DNA of 64,000 nucleotides from Harriotta raleighana (taxonomy: Eukaryota), in NCBI GenBank assembly GCA_050575255.1, contig JBNZDD010013687.1, forward strand, positions 1,743,487 to 1,807,486, read 5' to 3'. Positions 12,201-25,300 of the stretch are shown in pieces (the stretch's first letter is position 1; the number at the start of each line of letters is the position of its first letter). A model generated the notes under the pieces. That model did no database searches. It saw only the letters and a list, made by a program, of their open reading frames with translations, and was not told the origin of the DNA. Position numbers and translations under genes: made by a program.

Positions 12201-15200
12201 GATCAGGGGAATAGCCATGCACAGGAGGGGTGGAGATAAATTCCACAGTAGGGTAAGCTTGCGATGGCCTCTTCTTTGTGCTTTCGATTCTGTTTCATTG
12301 TAATATTTCTGGTAAACATGTTGTAACAGGAATATTCTTCTTCTTGCTTTCAGGGGAAGGCTGCTCATTTTAAACATGTGTCCAATTGCTTTGCTGAACA
12401 CAAATCTACAAGCTGAAAGACATTGCCATTTGTTATGATTTCTGTGCAGTTTGCGTACCAGCATAATAAATACCCAACTACTTTGCTCAAAGATTTAGTG
12501 AGGAATGCAAGAGTAATGATTAACAGCAGCTTTCTTCAGGACGGTTCTCCCCAGTCCCTTATAGCCTACTCATTATAGATTCCTGCTGTGGGCTCAAATG
12601 CATTTCCAGATTTTCACCATACTAAAGGTTAAGCAGGTGTCTGCTTATAGTGGCCGCCTGCCTTTTATAATCACCTGATTGCAGCCCGGTCAATTTGGTT
12701 AATTGCAATTTTGGACCAACTTTTCAACATGTCAATTGGACTTGACTACCATGATGTCTTGTTGCTGTTCACCTGTTTCCGTGGTGCAAGTTCTAATATA
12801 GCTTGTGCTGTTTAAAATAATACGGTTGCTCAGTGGAATTTCTTAACGCTTAAATCATTTTTCCTTCAAACATAGAGTAAGTGCCTTTCTTTTGTTTATT
12901 TGAACTTAGATAAATAAATAGATAAGTTTGCTTACTTTAGAGAGTTGAGCCCTTTCAGTTTTCACTGAGCTGACACTGTAAGTAGGTTGAGCTAGAGGAA
13001 TTAAAGGTGATGCTCATGTTGAGTATAATTCAGAACTTTTGATTTTATTTTCAATCAAATGTTTTCATCTTAATTGTAACTTAAGTGTGTTGCAAGAGTG
13101 ATTCTCATCAGTGTAGAGGGAAAGCTGTAAATAGCCAAAGTACTGTATTGCAAATTTGATTCAGAACAAATGGCAAGATGTCAATGTGATCATTTTGAAG
13201 TGAAATGCTTGCTTGTGCTTTTTACATAAATTCTCCATGAAACTATTCTTAAACACTGCAATGATAAAAGTGGGGGTTAACTAGAAATGTGTTATGTGGA
13301 ATAGAGAGATGTGTATCCAGTTGGTGTGATGTTAAACCTGAGTCCTGATGCAAACTAAAAACAGGGCATTAAAAGCTGCCCAGTGAGGTAGGGGCAATCT
13401 CAATTTAAAGGCATAATGAGGAGATTTAAGTGATGACTATTCAAATAGTGTGACAAATTCTCACTTGGGCTATGTTTTATTTCATTCTTTGCTATTTTCA
13501 CAGAGAAAGGAGTTCACAGCCAGATCCATTGCTGTTTTCCCCTCTTTTACCCATTTGAGCACTCTTCCCTAATTGCAGTAATTCTTTTTAATTTTTAACA
13601 GAAGTTTGGAAGTCATTGTAAACAACACTAAAGGTTAGTTATTCCACTCAACAGAACATAAAGGAAATCATGTGAAAGAAATTACTGAGCAATTTGATAA
13701 TGACTGTTGGTCAGCTGTTCTTCATTTTGTTTCACTTTACCACATTGCTTTATGAGTCTTGAGATCTTGGTACTGATGAGAGAGCATTGTTACAGTTATA
13801 GTTGTGCTGAATTTTTTTTGGGGTGGTGGGGGCAAGAGTTGCACATGAAATCATGGCAATGGTAAAAAGGAAATAGTTTCTTTAAATAAAACCGTGTATT
13901 CAAAAAAAAGCGACTGCTTTAAAAATTCAGTTAAAGGCCTAAAACTACTGTTGATCCTGCACATCAAAACCTGTGTTCCACTAGTAAGCACACGTGTTGG
14001 TTTGTTAAAGTGCCTACACACTGTCATCGCCTCAGCTTTATAAACCACAGATCTCAAACCCTTGATAAAGTCCCAAACATAATAAACAACTGTTTTTTTT
14101 TAACGTTTATCAGATGGGCAGTTAAAGCACTGTAAGATTTGATTAACTGATAGACGCTCAGTGAAAAAGCAGAGACCGTGAGCCGGAATTATCTGTGGAT
14201 TGTACTTCGGTGACTGGAATCCAGCAAATGCTGGCAATGCAGAACATTTTAAGGCTATTTCATCTGTCTCACTTCACATCTGGACATACCCCACCTTATC
14301 CCTGCAGAGGAAGTGGGACCATGTGTATTCAACCAAGGTTGGATAAGGTCAGGAACCAAACACATTGAGTGGAATAATCAGATTATTCCACACCCTTTAA
14401 ATTTTGAGTGTTAAATATAAGAAAATGCTAAATTTGAAGATCCATGTGGAAATGCAAGTCTCTTCTCTAAAGGCCATCATGTTTATTTTTAACATTGTGT
14501 ATCCAGGAACATGGGCAGATAGGGGAGTTCAGCTAGAAACTCAGATGGATAACTCTTGTCTGCCACAATGAGACAACTTATCTTTTATATTGATGACAAC
14601 ATTTCCATCACGGGCGTGGACTATCATGAAATACTGTATGCATAAATGGAGCAGATAAGGAGTATGATATATGACAAACATGAGTAATGATGAAGCGCAT
14701 ACCAAAGATTGCTGCTGTCAATCATAATTATCACTCAAGGTTGCAAAGCAGAAGATGTACCAGCAGTGCTAGGGATTGCTCGAGACTGCTTCAAAGTATT
14801 ACCACCAAAACTCCTTGTTTGCACTGAGACCACCAATCTGATCTCGGCGACCGGTGGGACAGCCCTTGAGCGGATGGAATACTTGCATTAAACCATTCGA
14901 AAAGTTCGGTAGTAATTTTGAACTGCAAGTTTATCATTTTTGCAGATGGTCGACAAAGTATGATTTGTGTACAGTATTTTGAAAGCTGCAAAGTACGTTT
15001 TGTGCTTGTAAACTGAAAGCTGGTGCCTCTCAACCAATCTGACATGTGTGCAAGAGCTTAAACAATTAAATCATTTTTAGATTTTTTTTAAAGAAAAAGC
15101 AGTTACAATTTTTGAAGCAATTTTGGCTGTCTCCTGTTATCGTTCCAAAAAATCACTGTCTCTTGTCAAAAGGTTTTCCTGTTTACATATTCAGTATTTT

Positions 15201-15869
15201 GGCAGGAGGCAATGATTCTGAGATGTTACAGGCAATTCATCCCAAATATGCGTGAAGATCCACAGTATGCCGTGACTTTATGTGAGATGATTAAAATCTT
15301 ACGATGGAGTTTTGGAACTTGCCCTATTTAGTTAACTTGGCTAAAAGCAATGTAATGATAGAGACAGATGGATGCTATGGTGAAAAACACCTGTGCATCT
15401 AAAGTCCACAGAGTTGAAAACCATCACTAAACCTAAAGAAAGCAAGATATGTAAAGTAACTCAGCCATGATCCTCCTTAGTCACAGGTGATGACAAACAG
15501 CAGCTGTTCAGAATTTGCAGAAAGCTACATCTAATGTATCTCATAATAAAACTGTAATGTTGGTTCAAGCTCAGTGTGAGACCACTTCAGAGAACTGTTA
15601 ATTTTTGCTCTGTGAATGAGCTACTGCTGTTATGTGAAACTCCAACGTTCGGTTTCATTACAATAGGGCTGTGTGGTGTATTATGCACTGACTGTATCTG
15701 AATTTTGCTGATTAAGGAGAGCCGAATTTGCAGATACACCAATCGCAAGCACAGAGTATTCATTGCGCATTGAATTTGGGAAGAGATGGAATGTTTTAAG
15801 ATAGAAAATTACCCAAGGATACTTTTCCAGGAGCTTCTATTTATCCAGGAGAATACCACAATCCTGCAA

Positions 15870-16440
15870 GTCCCCTCCATTAATATCCCTCCTTTCTAGG
15901 AATCTATTCTCTTTTAGAAGTCTCTAGAACCGCTGCTGAACTAGATTATAAGGCAAACGATTCCACATTTTCATCATTCTTTTCGCCCACAAATATACAG
16001 TCAATTCACTTTACTGTATATTCTGTGAAGCGCCTTGAGACATCTAGAAGGCATAAAAAGCGCTATATCAAATGCAAGGATTATTATTATTATCCTCTCA
16101 AACAAAGAAATATTCTTCTAACCCCCCTTTTAATTTTGTGATGGTTTTAAATATTGTGCCCTCCAGTAGCGTTTAGTGGAGAAATCTACAACTATTTACT
16201 CTATCTTAAGTCTGTTTAATTTTGAAGAGCTTTAACCTCTTCAGCTCACATGAAAGCAGATATCGTCATAACTAAAACCATTTATTCACTGGCAATATCC
16301 TGGTGAATCTACATTGCACCTATTCTATTGCTTTTTTTCATCCTTCCTGTAATAGGGTGCCCAAAACTGTACAAAATCTCCAGGTTCAGTCAACCAAGGC
16401 TGTATACAAATTACTCCCATTGCTTTTTTATTACACCCAC
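15870..16440 (-). mobile_element. Old CR1 LINE 3' fragment, interrupted by a SINE tail
   Basis: Reverse CR1 hallmarks: GGCAAACGATTCCACATTTTCATCA, AAGAAATATTCTTCTAA and CCTGGTGAATCTACATTGCACC...CCTGTAATAGGGTGCCCAAAACTGTACAAAA..CCAGGTTCAGTCAACCAAGGCTGTATACAA (LY.ALV.P.LEYC.QFW.P). Confidence 0.65.
15980..16093 (+). mobile_element. Young 5'-truncated SINE tail nested in CR1
   Basis: TTTCGCCCACAAATATACAGTCAATTCACTTTAC...AAGCGCTATATCAAATGCAAGGATTATTATT, close to the full-length copies. Confidence 0.9.
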
Positions 16441-19400
16441 CAAAACATTTACTGAGATCTGAAAGAATCATTTTTTGAAATTGAGGATGGGTTTTAATTT
16501 CACCCAGTAACTACTGTTCTGTTGATCCTTCGTGGTATTTGCAATGACCCCTTGTACAGGTGAATTAACCACTCACATGGCTGAGAGAGAAAGCAATGAG
16601 ATCCATTGGCATGACATTTAACAATCAGGAGAACTACCAAGGGATCTGAACTCTTACTAGCTGAAGGTAAGAACAGAACCAGCCAGGGTTAAATACTGTA
16701 TACTGTTAAAGATCAACTGATGTGTTTTGAGAAGATCAGCTTCAATGCTCAGTTGGTAGATTGAATCACCAAATGGACAAAAGCAGTGGAATCCTACACC
16801 AGATACTTTGCATAATTGTTGGCTGTGCGAAGAATGGGAAAGCAAGCTGATTCCGAGATCTGAAAGAATCTCTTTTTTTAAACTTGAGGATGGAGTTACA
16901 TAGGAGTGGGTGGAGCAGATTAAACCAAAGCATGCTGAGCTAGTAGAGGGAGTGTTTGCCCTGAACTACAAAGGGCCTCAATTCTCAAATAATACTGTGT
17001 ACACATTTCTTGAAAATCCTGCATTTCTGGTCATTATTTAAATTTTTACAGATTTACATGGTTGGCTTGAATGCTGTAGCACAATTGTAACCTGAAGCAA
17101 GACAAATTGGGGCCATGCTGGGTATGTGTGAATGCATGTCTTTTACTTGATTCAGCATTTTTCACTGCGTGTGTATAAATAGGTGTGCAATGTGTTTGGC
17201 TGATCAATCTAATTCTAGATGTCAAATGAGTACAGTAAAGTACATTTGCACAGCAATACAATGACAAAGTGCATTTTTGTTTCCTGGCAGCCTTGGGTAA
17301 TTTGGGGGATGGGAAAGGAGGGGAAAGGAGGTTGATGCCTTTAGTGTTGCATATTCTCAGTGACCCTCAGGAAGCCAACTCCTTTCCTCAAATTAATGGC
17401 CAATACCTACCATCTGCCATCATTTGGCTTTTGTGGATTATTTTGTCGAGGGTTGGTTTTGAAGCAGAATTTATAATTGAACATAAACCTCATTAAATGG
17501 ACTCCATGTGTTTTATTTTTTGATCAACTGCAGATCTACCAATACGTGCCGGTATTCCTGGGCTACATAAAGTGCTCCAGAAATATTCCAATACATTGGG
17601 GGAAGTGTGCATCCATTCTATCACTTTTGCTTGGTGATCTTACATGTAAAATATCCCGAGTCACCACCTGAGGTTTGAACCATATGAATCGCTTGCATGT
17701 GCTCTATTAATGTAATTGATGCAGATTTTATAATGCCTGGTGAGGTGTTAGAATTCAGGCTCTCACACAATACAATAGGGTGGTGTTGTCTTTCAATTAA
17801 TCCTTTTGAAAGGAAATCTGTTACTATATTAAGTTGAGTCTCTGCTCCATCACCAATCTCACTTCAGAAGGTGGAAAATGATACCAGAATGCATTGGTTA
17901 AACTAAATGCATATATTTACCAGCATAGATAGGATTCTAAAACCAATGCCTAGCCAGTGAGAACCTGGTGCAATATTCAGATAACTGAGCTCAATGAACT
18001 GCTCGTAATCCTTTTCAGATTCTGTAAATGACGTTTGTTGAATTCAGAAGTACATCATTGAAGCAGTATGTTTTTCAACTGAAGCTCAGCTTAGATGGTT
18101 AGACTCAGCAGTTAGCGATTTCCTGCACCCGAGGGAGCTGGATAGTTCAGTGTCTCCTCTCGAATGCAGTGTCAAGATGAACTACCGGAAACCTTGTACA
18201 AGGACTGAAGAAATAAGTGCCGTCCCTTTTAGGTTGAAATGTTCTTTTGATCTTATGGTGCCTGGTTTTTGAAGATAAGTAGTCCTCGTGCAACCTTAAC
18301 ATAATTGATTCCTGCAACTGAGGTTAGCCTGTAAGTATCCATCCAACGGGTAGAGAACAAAAATCTTCTTAGTTTATCAGAATTTTATTAAAATGTCGTG
18401 GTGTACTGTAACTTTTTATATATTCGGTGTATTCGACCTGGAGATAATTCACACATCTTATTGATTAAAGGAAATCTGGATTTGAGAATTTGAGAATAAA
18501 AGCAACCAGTATTGTCATGGCAATCATTTTAAAAAATCTTTTCCGAGTGTTTGCAAGATTGAGTGAGATTATTTTATATAACAGGTACCATCCATTTTGT
18601 GAAGAATTAGTAAGACTCACATTGAACTTGTGTTACATCTAATAAATGAGAAATGAATAATAATTAATTGGACTAACTTCTTGAAATCTTCTTATCCTCC
18701 CATTGTTCACCTGCATACACACAGCGTATTAGCAGCAAGCATTTAAGTATATGAAACTTAAGACAGTGGTGGAAAGTAAACCTGTTGAGCAACTTTTGAC
18801 AATCCCTTCTCAAACATGCACACCTTAAATGTTTTCTCCTCTGGCATCCTGCAGATTGTCATCTTCCAAGATAATGATAGCTAGCTTTCTGTTCATAAGC
18901 CTCAACTCCCTCCAGTTCAGCAGAGCATGGTGACAATCACACCTGATATCACATAATGAAGGCTCTCGCATCCTCTTCAATCCACCAGGGGTTTAGTTAT
19001 TTAAAAATATTTATACACGGGAGAACAAATGAACACATCAGTCATATAGCTGCATCAATCATTAGTACAACCTCACCCAACACCGCGCCCTGTGGCTATC
19101 CAGAATATATAATTGGAAAAAAAAATCCTGCGGTCAGAAGTGTAAAATGTTCATTACTTTTTTTTAAAAATAATGCTTTACTCCTAAATGATCAGATTGT
19201 ATATACTGTACAATATATGGAGTTAGGACAGACATTCAGCAGGATAAGATTCCAACCTAAATATTTTGTGTTACAGGTTGCAATTTGGTGTAAATGTTCA
19301 TACTGATACTTGAAGCTCCATCTTTTCAATGAAAATTGTTCTTTATACCATGTATAGTATTTAGAATTCTCAAAATCACAAGATTCATTTGGATGGAGAC

Positions 19401-20007
19401 AGCCCTTCAGAATTAAAAGGGTGGTTTCCAAGCAAATCGTCCCTAAATTGTTCATTTATCTGTGAAAAAGCACAACTATTATCTTAAGCGCAGATTCACA
19501 TTCTAATGCAGTCTCATTTGAGACGATATGACTGAGAGGCAATTCATCGGCTGTAGATATGAGCAGCAGCATAATATATAACTCAAAAAACAGGCGAGAA
19601 CGATGATTCCTGAGGGAAACATGACCTACACCAGACTAGATAAATAATTCTCAAATGAAACTAATTGAAAGTGCAGACTGTAACATGAGTCGAAGCAGTC
19701 TATTGTTTTAACATTAAATTAAAAGTAAAATGTGAAATAATTGGATCCTGTGAAGAGCAACATGTTTAGCATTACCGCAGTCGGTGGGACAGCTGGAATT
19801 GGTCTCATGCATGTAAATGTTTAAGATTATATGGTATGAAGCAGTTTCCTCTCAAATGGTGTCATATTTCAGCATTCTGTCTGTTATTTTAAGATAACTG
19901 CAATTCAAATATTTAATGCTGGGTGGAGGAAGGTTTCTGCATAAAATGTTCTGATTCACTATATTAAATTAGAGGCTTATCAGATGCAAATCCATGTGAA
20001 TCGGATA

Positions 20008-20080
20008 CAGGCCGACCCCATTATAACACACCTTGGTATAGTGTAGGATCACTTATAGCATTGGTGGACTATGGACCAGA
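20008..20080 (+). mobile_element. Possible Tc1/mariner (Tigger/pogo-like) MITE left end
   Basis: TA|CAGGCCGACCCCATTATAACACACCTTGGTATAGTGTAGGATCACTTATAGCA has a TA target, a CAG start and repeated TTATAAC-like subterminal motifs. No right end was found. Confidence 0.35.
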
Positions 20081-20790
20081 TATCATAAGTGCAGCACATT
20101 TCTGGCGCTGACTCTCTGGCTTCCTGTCAGTAGCTGAATGCCAAAGAAGGCCTTGCAATGTCCACTGGGCATGCTCACGGGAGCGAGCGTTCCAGTCATC
20201 AAGGAAGTGATGACAGCGTCAGTTTGATGACGCAAATGTGCTGATCAGTAGCCGCATTATATTTGAATTGGTCTCAATCGGTCTTTGCTTGGAAAAAAAA
20301 GTGCTTATATTTATTATAGCGCTTTTGGTAATGTCTCAAGTGCATTATGAAAAGGTTTGTTCATGTGTAGTGAAAGTTGAGAAGATAAATTAAGATAACA
20401 ATAAATTAAGATTAATTATTTTGATATATAAAATTAGTCTATTGAGTAATATTTTCCAAATCGATTTAAGATATGTACAATTATTATTTTCCAAAAGTTG
20501 TGACTCGTGAGGCAGAATTCATTTCTGGTCCAGTGTGTAGACATGGATTACTGTGTACCAGCGAAACACTTAGTCTAGTGTTTGAAATGAGGAACTCATC
20601 ACTACTCATTCAGTTATTCTGGCCATGCCCACCATGTTTTCGTGACTGCATTCTACATTGGATAGAATGCACAGAGCATCAGAAATATTTCAAGACAGCC
20701 TCAGCACCCAGAAAGAAAGGAAAGCTCCTGCTCATATGACCCCTCTTTTGCACTGTGATTAAATAACTTGTAGCTGTTGAGACAGCCAAC

Positions 20791-20848
20791 TCTGAAACGC
20801 CGTCCGGTGTGGAGGGCACTATATAAATCAAAGTTGTTGTTGTTGTTG
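20791..20848 (+). mobile_element. Minimal L2-type 3' tail with (TTG)n
   Basis: CTGAAACGCCGTCCGGTGTGGAGGGCACTATATAAATCAAAGTTGTTGTTG, with a near-identical sibling at 26905-26964. Confidence 0.75.
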
Positions 20849-21174
20849 TAAAGCCCCTTAGACAAAGACCAAAGACTGGCTCCTTGAAAGTCTGGTCCCA
20901 GTAGATATAAAGAGGAGCAACACCTTCAGGAAGAGAAGGGAGAAGAAAGGAGTTTGCTGAAGGGGCTGGGAAATTAATTTTAACCTTCTTTTTGTCCAGT
21001 GATTAACACATGTCCATGTCAGGTCTATTAAAGAATCCTTCATATTGTTCCTATTAAAGAATTATACATTGATAATTTTTTTATGTAGTTAATGACGATC
21101 TAGTGATTTGTATAAATACCTCTAGGGAAACACCATGATCACCTGTCATATCTGAATTGCAGCTAATCTGTTTA

Positions 21175-21593
21175 GAATAATAATCTTTAGATTTATATAG
21201 CACTTTCCACATCTTATCGACATCTCAAAGCGCTTTACAGAATACGACAACATCCCAAAGTAGGGTGGGGAGAGGGGTCGGGTAGGGAGAAAAAAAGGGG
21301 AAGAAAGGGGGGAAATGGGCAAGAGCCAGAGCGGAGGGGGGGGTGGAGAGGGGTAGTGGTAGTGGGATGGAGTAGGAAAATTGACTGTATATTTGTGGGC
21401 GAAACACGGCAGCCAAATTGCACACAGCAGTGTCGCACAAACAGTCGTGGAAGTGAGGGGGCCAGGGATGAAAGGGGGAAAGAGGGGAAGGGGAAGGATC
21501 AGGGTAGGGGGAAGAGAGCAGGAAAACCAGGTGTATATTTGGGGGCGTTTCTTGGGTTGGCCCAGAAGCTGTAACCACTGAGCTACAGGACTC
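21175..21593 (-). mobile_element. SINE copy with two internal segments replaced by G/A-rich blocks
   Basis: Tail (21175-21245), central part (21379-21450) and head (TAACCACTGAGCTACAGGACTC, about 21572-21593) match the family. The intervening sequence is purine-rich. Confidence 0.8.
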
Positions 21594-22139
21594 AACTGTT
21601 ACCATATGTTACTGTTCATGAAACTACAAATAACACCAACTAAATTAACATTGATAATATAACCACCTGGCCATTGAAATGCTACTCTGTGATGCACATT
21701 CATTGTGTCAAGGCATTCAATGCAAGCTGAAAGCAAGGGGTTGCACGAAAGTACTAAATGGACTACATTACTCAGACCACAGTTGATCGGTACTGTGCTT
21801 TGGCATTGCATCCCATTCTGTTCCCAAATAGCTGGATGGCCATGAAAAACCACAGCTGTGGTCCTTGTATCAAGAGAGCCGGAAAAAAAGGATTAGAGGG
21901 CTTCCAGGAAACCACATAAAGAACACCTACAAGCAACACACCCATGATTCCAAGGGCAGGAAATGCTGGAGTTGCTCTTCAGGTCACTCCTTCTCAGGGG
22001 AAGGGGAATATTTGAACATTTTACACTTTTGATCCAGATTAAAGGGACTGTGTCACCATGCAATAACACTTCATTGAATATCTCTGCCCATCTGCAAATT
22101 CAGCGCATGGAATGCGCTTCATGCTGCAGATATAAAGAA

Positions 22140-22300
22140 AATAAATAATCTTTGCATTTGACCTAGTGTTTAACATGTCTTCGAGATGTCTCAAAGTGTT
22201 TTTCAAAATATACTGTAAAGTAAATTGTATATTTTGTGACCAAAACACAACAGGCAATTGACCACAGCAGTGAACCACAAACAGTTGTGGATTGAACTGA
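22140..22300 (-). mobile_element. SINE 3' half
   Basis: AATAATCTTTGCATTTGA...GATGTCTCAAAGTGTTTT...ATATACTGTAAAGT...CACAAACAGTTGTGGATTGAA. Confidence 0.75.
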
Positions 22301-25300
22301 CCACTATTTTAAAATATATATTACTGGGGAGCAAGGTTACTTCTCTGAAGTAGTATGAAATACAATTTATTTCATTTGTATTTGTAGTCGTATTGCTTTT
22401 AATCAGGCTGCATACAATAAACATTTTGCACAGAACACACGACTCGGACATTTGCTATTTAATTATTTTATATAAAGTCATGAGATGAACCCCTCAAAAA
22501 CCAGCAAACACATTATTCAAATATTGCCAAGCCTACACTTGAATTGTGAGCTTTGACTGGAACTTGTAGGAATAAGCACATTGCAACTCACACCTGCCAT
22601 GTTTATCCTGTCTGGGAGTGAACCACAGGACTCCTAAAACTATTTCTATCAAGTATTGAACTCCTCTAGCACAATGGACTGCCTGAGCCATGGTTCACAT
22701 TGAAACGTGTAGCATTATTGTACAGCGATGGCAATTGCAATGCTCAGCATTTATTGAATTTGAGAATCGCTGAAAATTTTGAAGAAGACATAAACGGAGA
22801 GAGAAAAAACTTCATAGCTTTCAGAACAGATGCTTTATGCGATAATCAGGTTAGGCAGCTTTGTGGTAACACTTTCTTTACACTTCAAAGTTTCCAAGTT
22901 CAACAGAGTGCATGCAGTGAGGAAATGGTTAATGGGTCAATCGCGAGACTGATTGAACTTTTCACAGAGGATGTCACACGCACCTGGCTCCAAACTTTTG
23001 GCGAACAAGAATTTAAGTAGGACTAGTGCGGAGAATCTGCTGACTCTAAGGGGAAAAGGAAGAATTGAACATCATCACAGCTATGTGTGCTGGAAGGAGG
23101 CAGAGATTTCTTTTGTTTGTATGTGTTGGAATTTTAAAAGTTCTCTGCCAGATTGTTTTTTGGGAAGTTCAATTAAAAATCATGTTGCTGGATTTCATCT
23201 AACATTCCCCTCTCTGTAACTTATGCATTTCATACTTTTTTTGTTTTATGGCTTGTAGCAACCAGTACATCAACATTTCTATATCGCCCAAGTAGTAAAG
23301 CAATAGTAAATTCACATATTGTTCCATGTGTATTGAGACCGAGAGAGCCAATGCTATTTTTCCTAAAGCTAAGTTATGTACGTTTTATTATGCTGAGATG
23401 ACATGATTAATGGCTACTGCACTTGGGCACAATATTTCATAAAGCTTCCCCGTGTTTTGGGTGCTACCAGTCACCAAATAAAATTAACCTAATAAATATA
23501 TTGCTAAGAGTAAGAAGAATTCTGTCCATTGGAAATGCTTTCTCAGCAGTGGAGTAAATTTGCCTTGCCAATGTGAGGAGTGAAAGCTGGCTGGTGTGTC
23601 ACATAATTCTTTTTTCCCTATCATTTTTTTCTCCTTTGTGTGAACCACAGTTTACCTTGTGCTAAATCTCAGTGTAACCTGAGGGAAAAGACAATATTGC
23701 ATATTTTCATAATCTTCAATACCATCTATCTGATTTAAGATCGCATACTTTAAATAAAAACAACCTGAAATGTATGTTAGAGCAGAAATCACATATATGA
23801 GTCTATGTGTCTCTCTGAATTCTCCCATCCCTCCACAAATATATCAGACATTTTCTTTAGGGGGGGAAGGTTCCATAAATTGTCTCCATTACTAATGTTG
23901 CATATATAATTAATATATGTTCCTATATATTTCTTCACAATTCTTTATTTTAAATCCAGCTCGCGAGAATGATTTGGACATGAAATGAAATTTATCACTC
24001 AGATAGCTGCCAGCTGAAGTAAGTTCAGAGCGAATCATTTCCTGGTGCTGCTTGCTTTCACTACCAACCACAAGTCTCTCTTTTCTGCAGCAGTATTGCC
24101 CCTTCCTCCTGCCCTACTGATAACATTTCTGTAGTTGTGCAGTATCCCAATTATAAGGAATTCTGTCAGAAGGAACGCATTTGAAAAGCTTCACTGTCCA
24201 ATCATAAAGCTCACGGGCTGTGGTGAAGTGCAGTGTTCAGAAGTGATAAAAACCTAACAGTGTAATTCAGATGATGAGTGAGCTGCTATTTCCCAGAGGC
24301 CATAACTTGTTTATTGCATCTGGCAGCAAATTAAGGATAGTAAAAAGAAATTAAACCCCAGGCAGCAAGCTACATTGTACTTCTGCCTGACTAGCTTCTG
24401 GAAATGTGAGTTGGATCTTTGATTTTAAATTAGGGATCCTAGAGTTGATAACCATAGAAGAACTATGGCACAATAAAATAACATTCTCCTCCAGTTTGTA
24501 AAAGCACCTTGGGTCATTCAAATTTAAAGGTTATTTTTCTTAGTTTGTTCCTCAGTGATGTGTAAAGGTTGATTATATTTATTCATTGATTTAATGATGT
24601 GATTTAAATCTCATGCCAACATTTTCAGTTTTACACAAAAATAGCCAAGGCCGTTGTAATTCTTCCCTTGGTAATTTATAACCACTGTTATGGGATGTTC
24701 TGGTATGTTTGGTTTCATTAAAACATAGAGGTGGTGAAATAACACAATTAAAACTAGGTTGCTCTCCAATCTTCTGAACTAGGGGAATGCAAACTGTGCA
24801 TAAAAGTCTGAGTGTTCTAATGCTATAATTTGTCCGGTTCTTTTTTTCATTAGAAGTGAATCAAGAGAGCAGCCTAAGGTTGAAATGATAAAATCTATTT
24901 GGGGAATTTTGATGCGTCACCCTGTTAACCCTTGAACAAGGCTTTTTTTAAAAATCCCAATTTATATATTTACTAAAAAAAATCAAATGCAAGGATTTTT
25001 ATTTTTATTATACTGTACATAGGTACTGAATACACTGATTTACTTGAGAACAAGGTAGGCTGCCATTGTTTACATGAACATTAAAATAAACTTGCTCCTT
25101 TTCAGTGCCTTATTGTAGCATGTTACATTAATTACTGCCAACTGTAGTGACTAAACAACATTCAAAGATCGATGCATTTGTTAATTGAAGAAGCAACGTG
25201 CAGTGAAGTCACAGAAGGATCATGTCTGGTCTGATTAGGATGCAAGCATTCTCTGATTCTGCCATTTCATTAAAAAAAAGAACACGTACATATTGGATTT

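Noticed and set aside
18019-18272. Acceptor-like CTTTTCAG followed by an open stretch of about 76 codons
   Set aside because: All three frames hit stops just after the acceptor, there is no good donor, and the peptide is unrecognised.
21146-21605. Cluster of long overlapping ORFs (up to 149 aa, Pro- or Gly-rich)
   Set aside because: They result from low-complexity G/A-rich blocks inside a SINE and have no coding signature.
22700-23020. 106-aa + strand ORF with protein-like composition
   Set aside because: It has a TTG start, no convincing flanking splice sites and no recognisable homology. An ORF this long is expected by chance in 64 kb.
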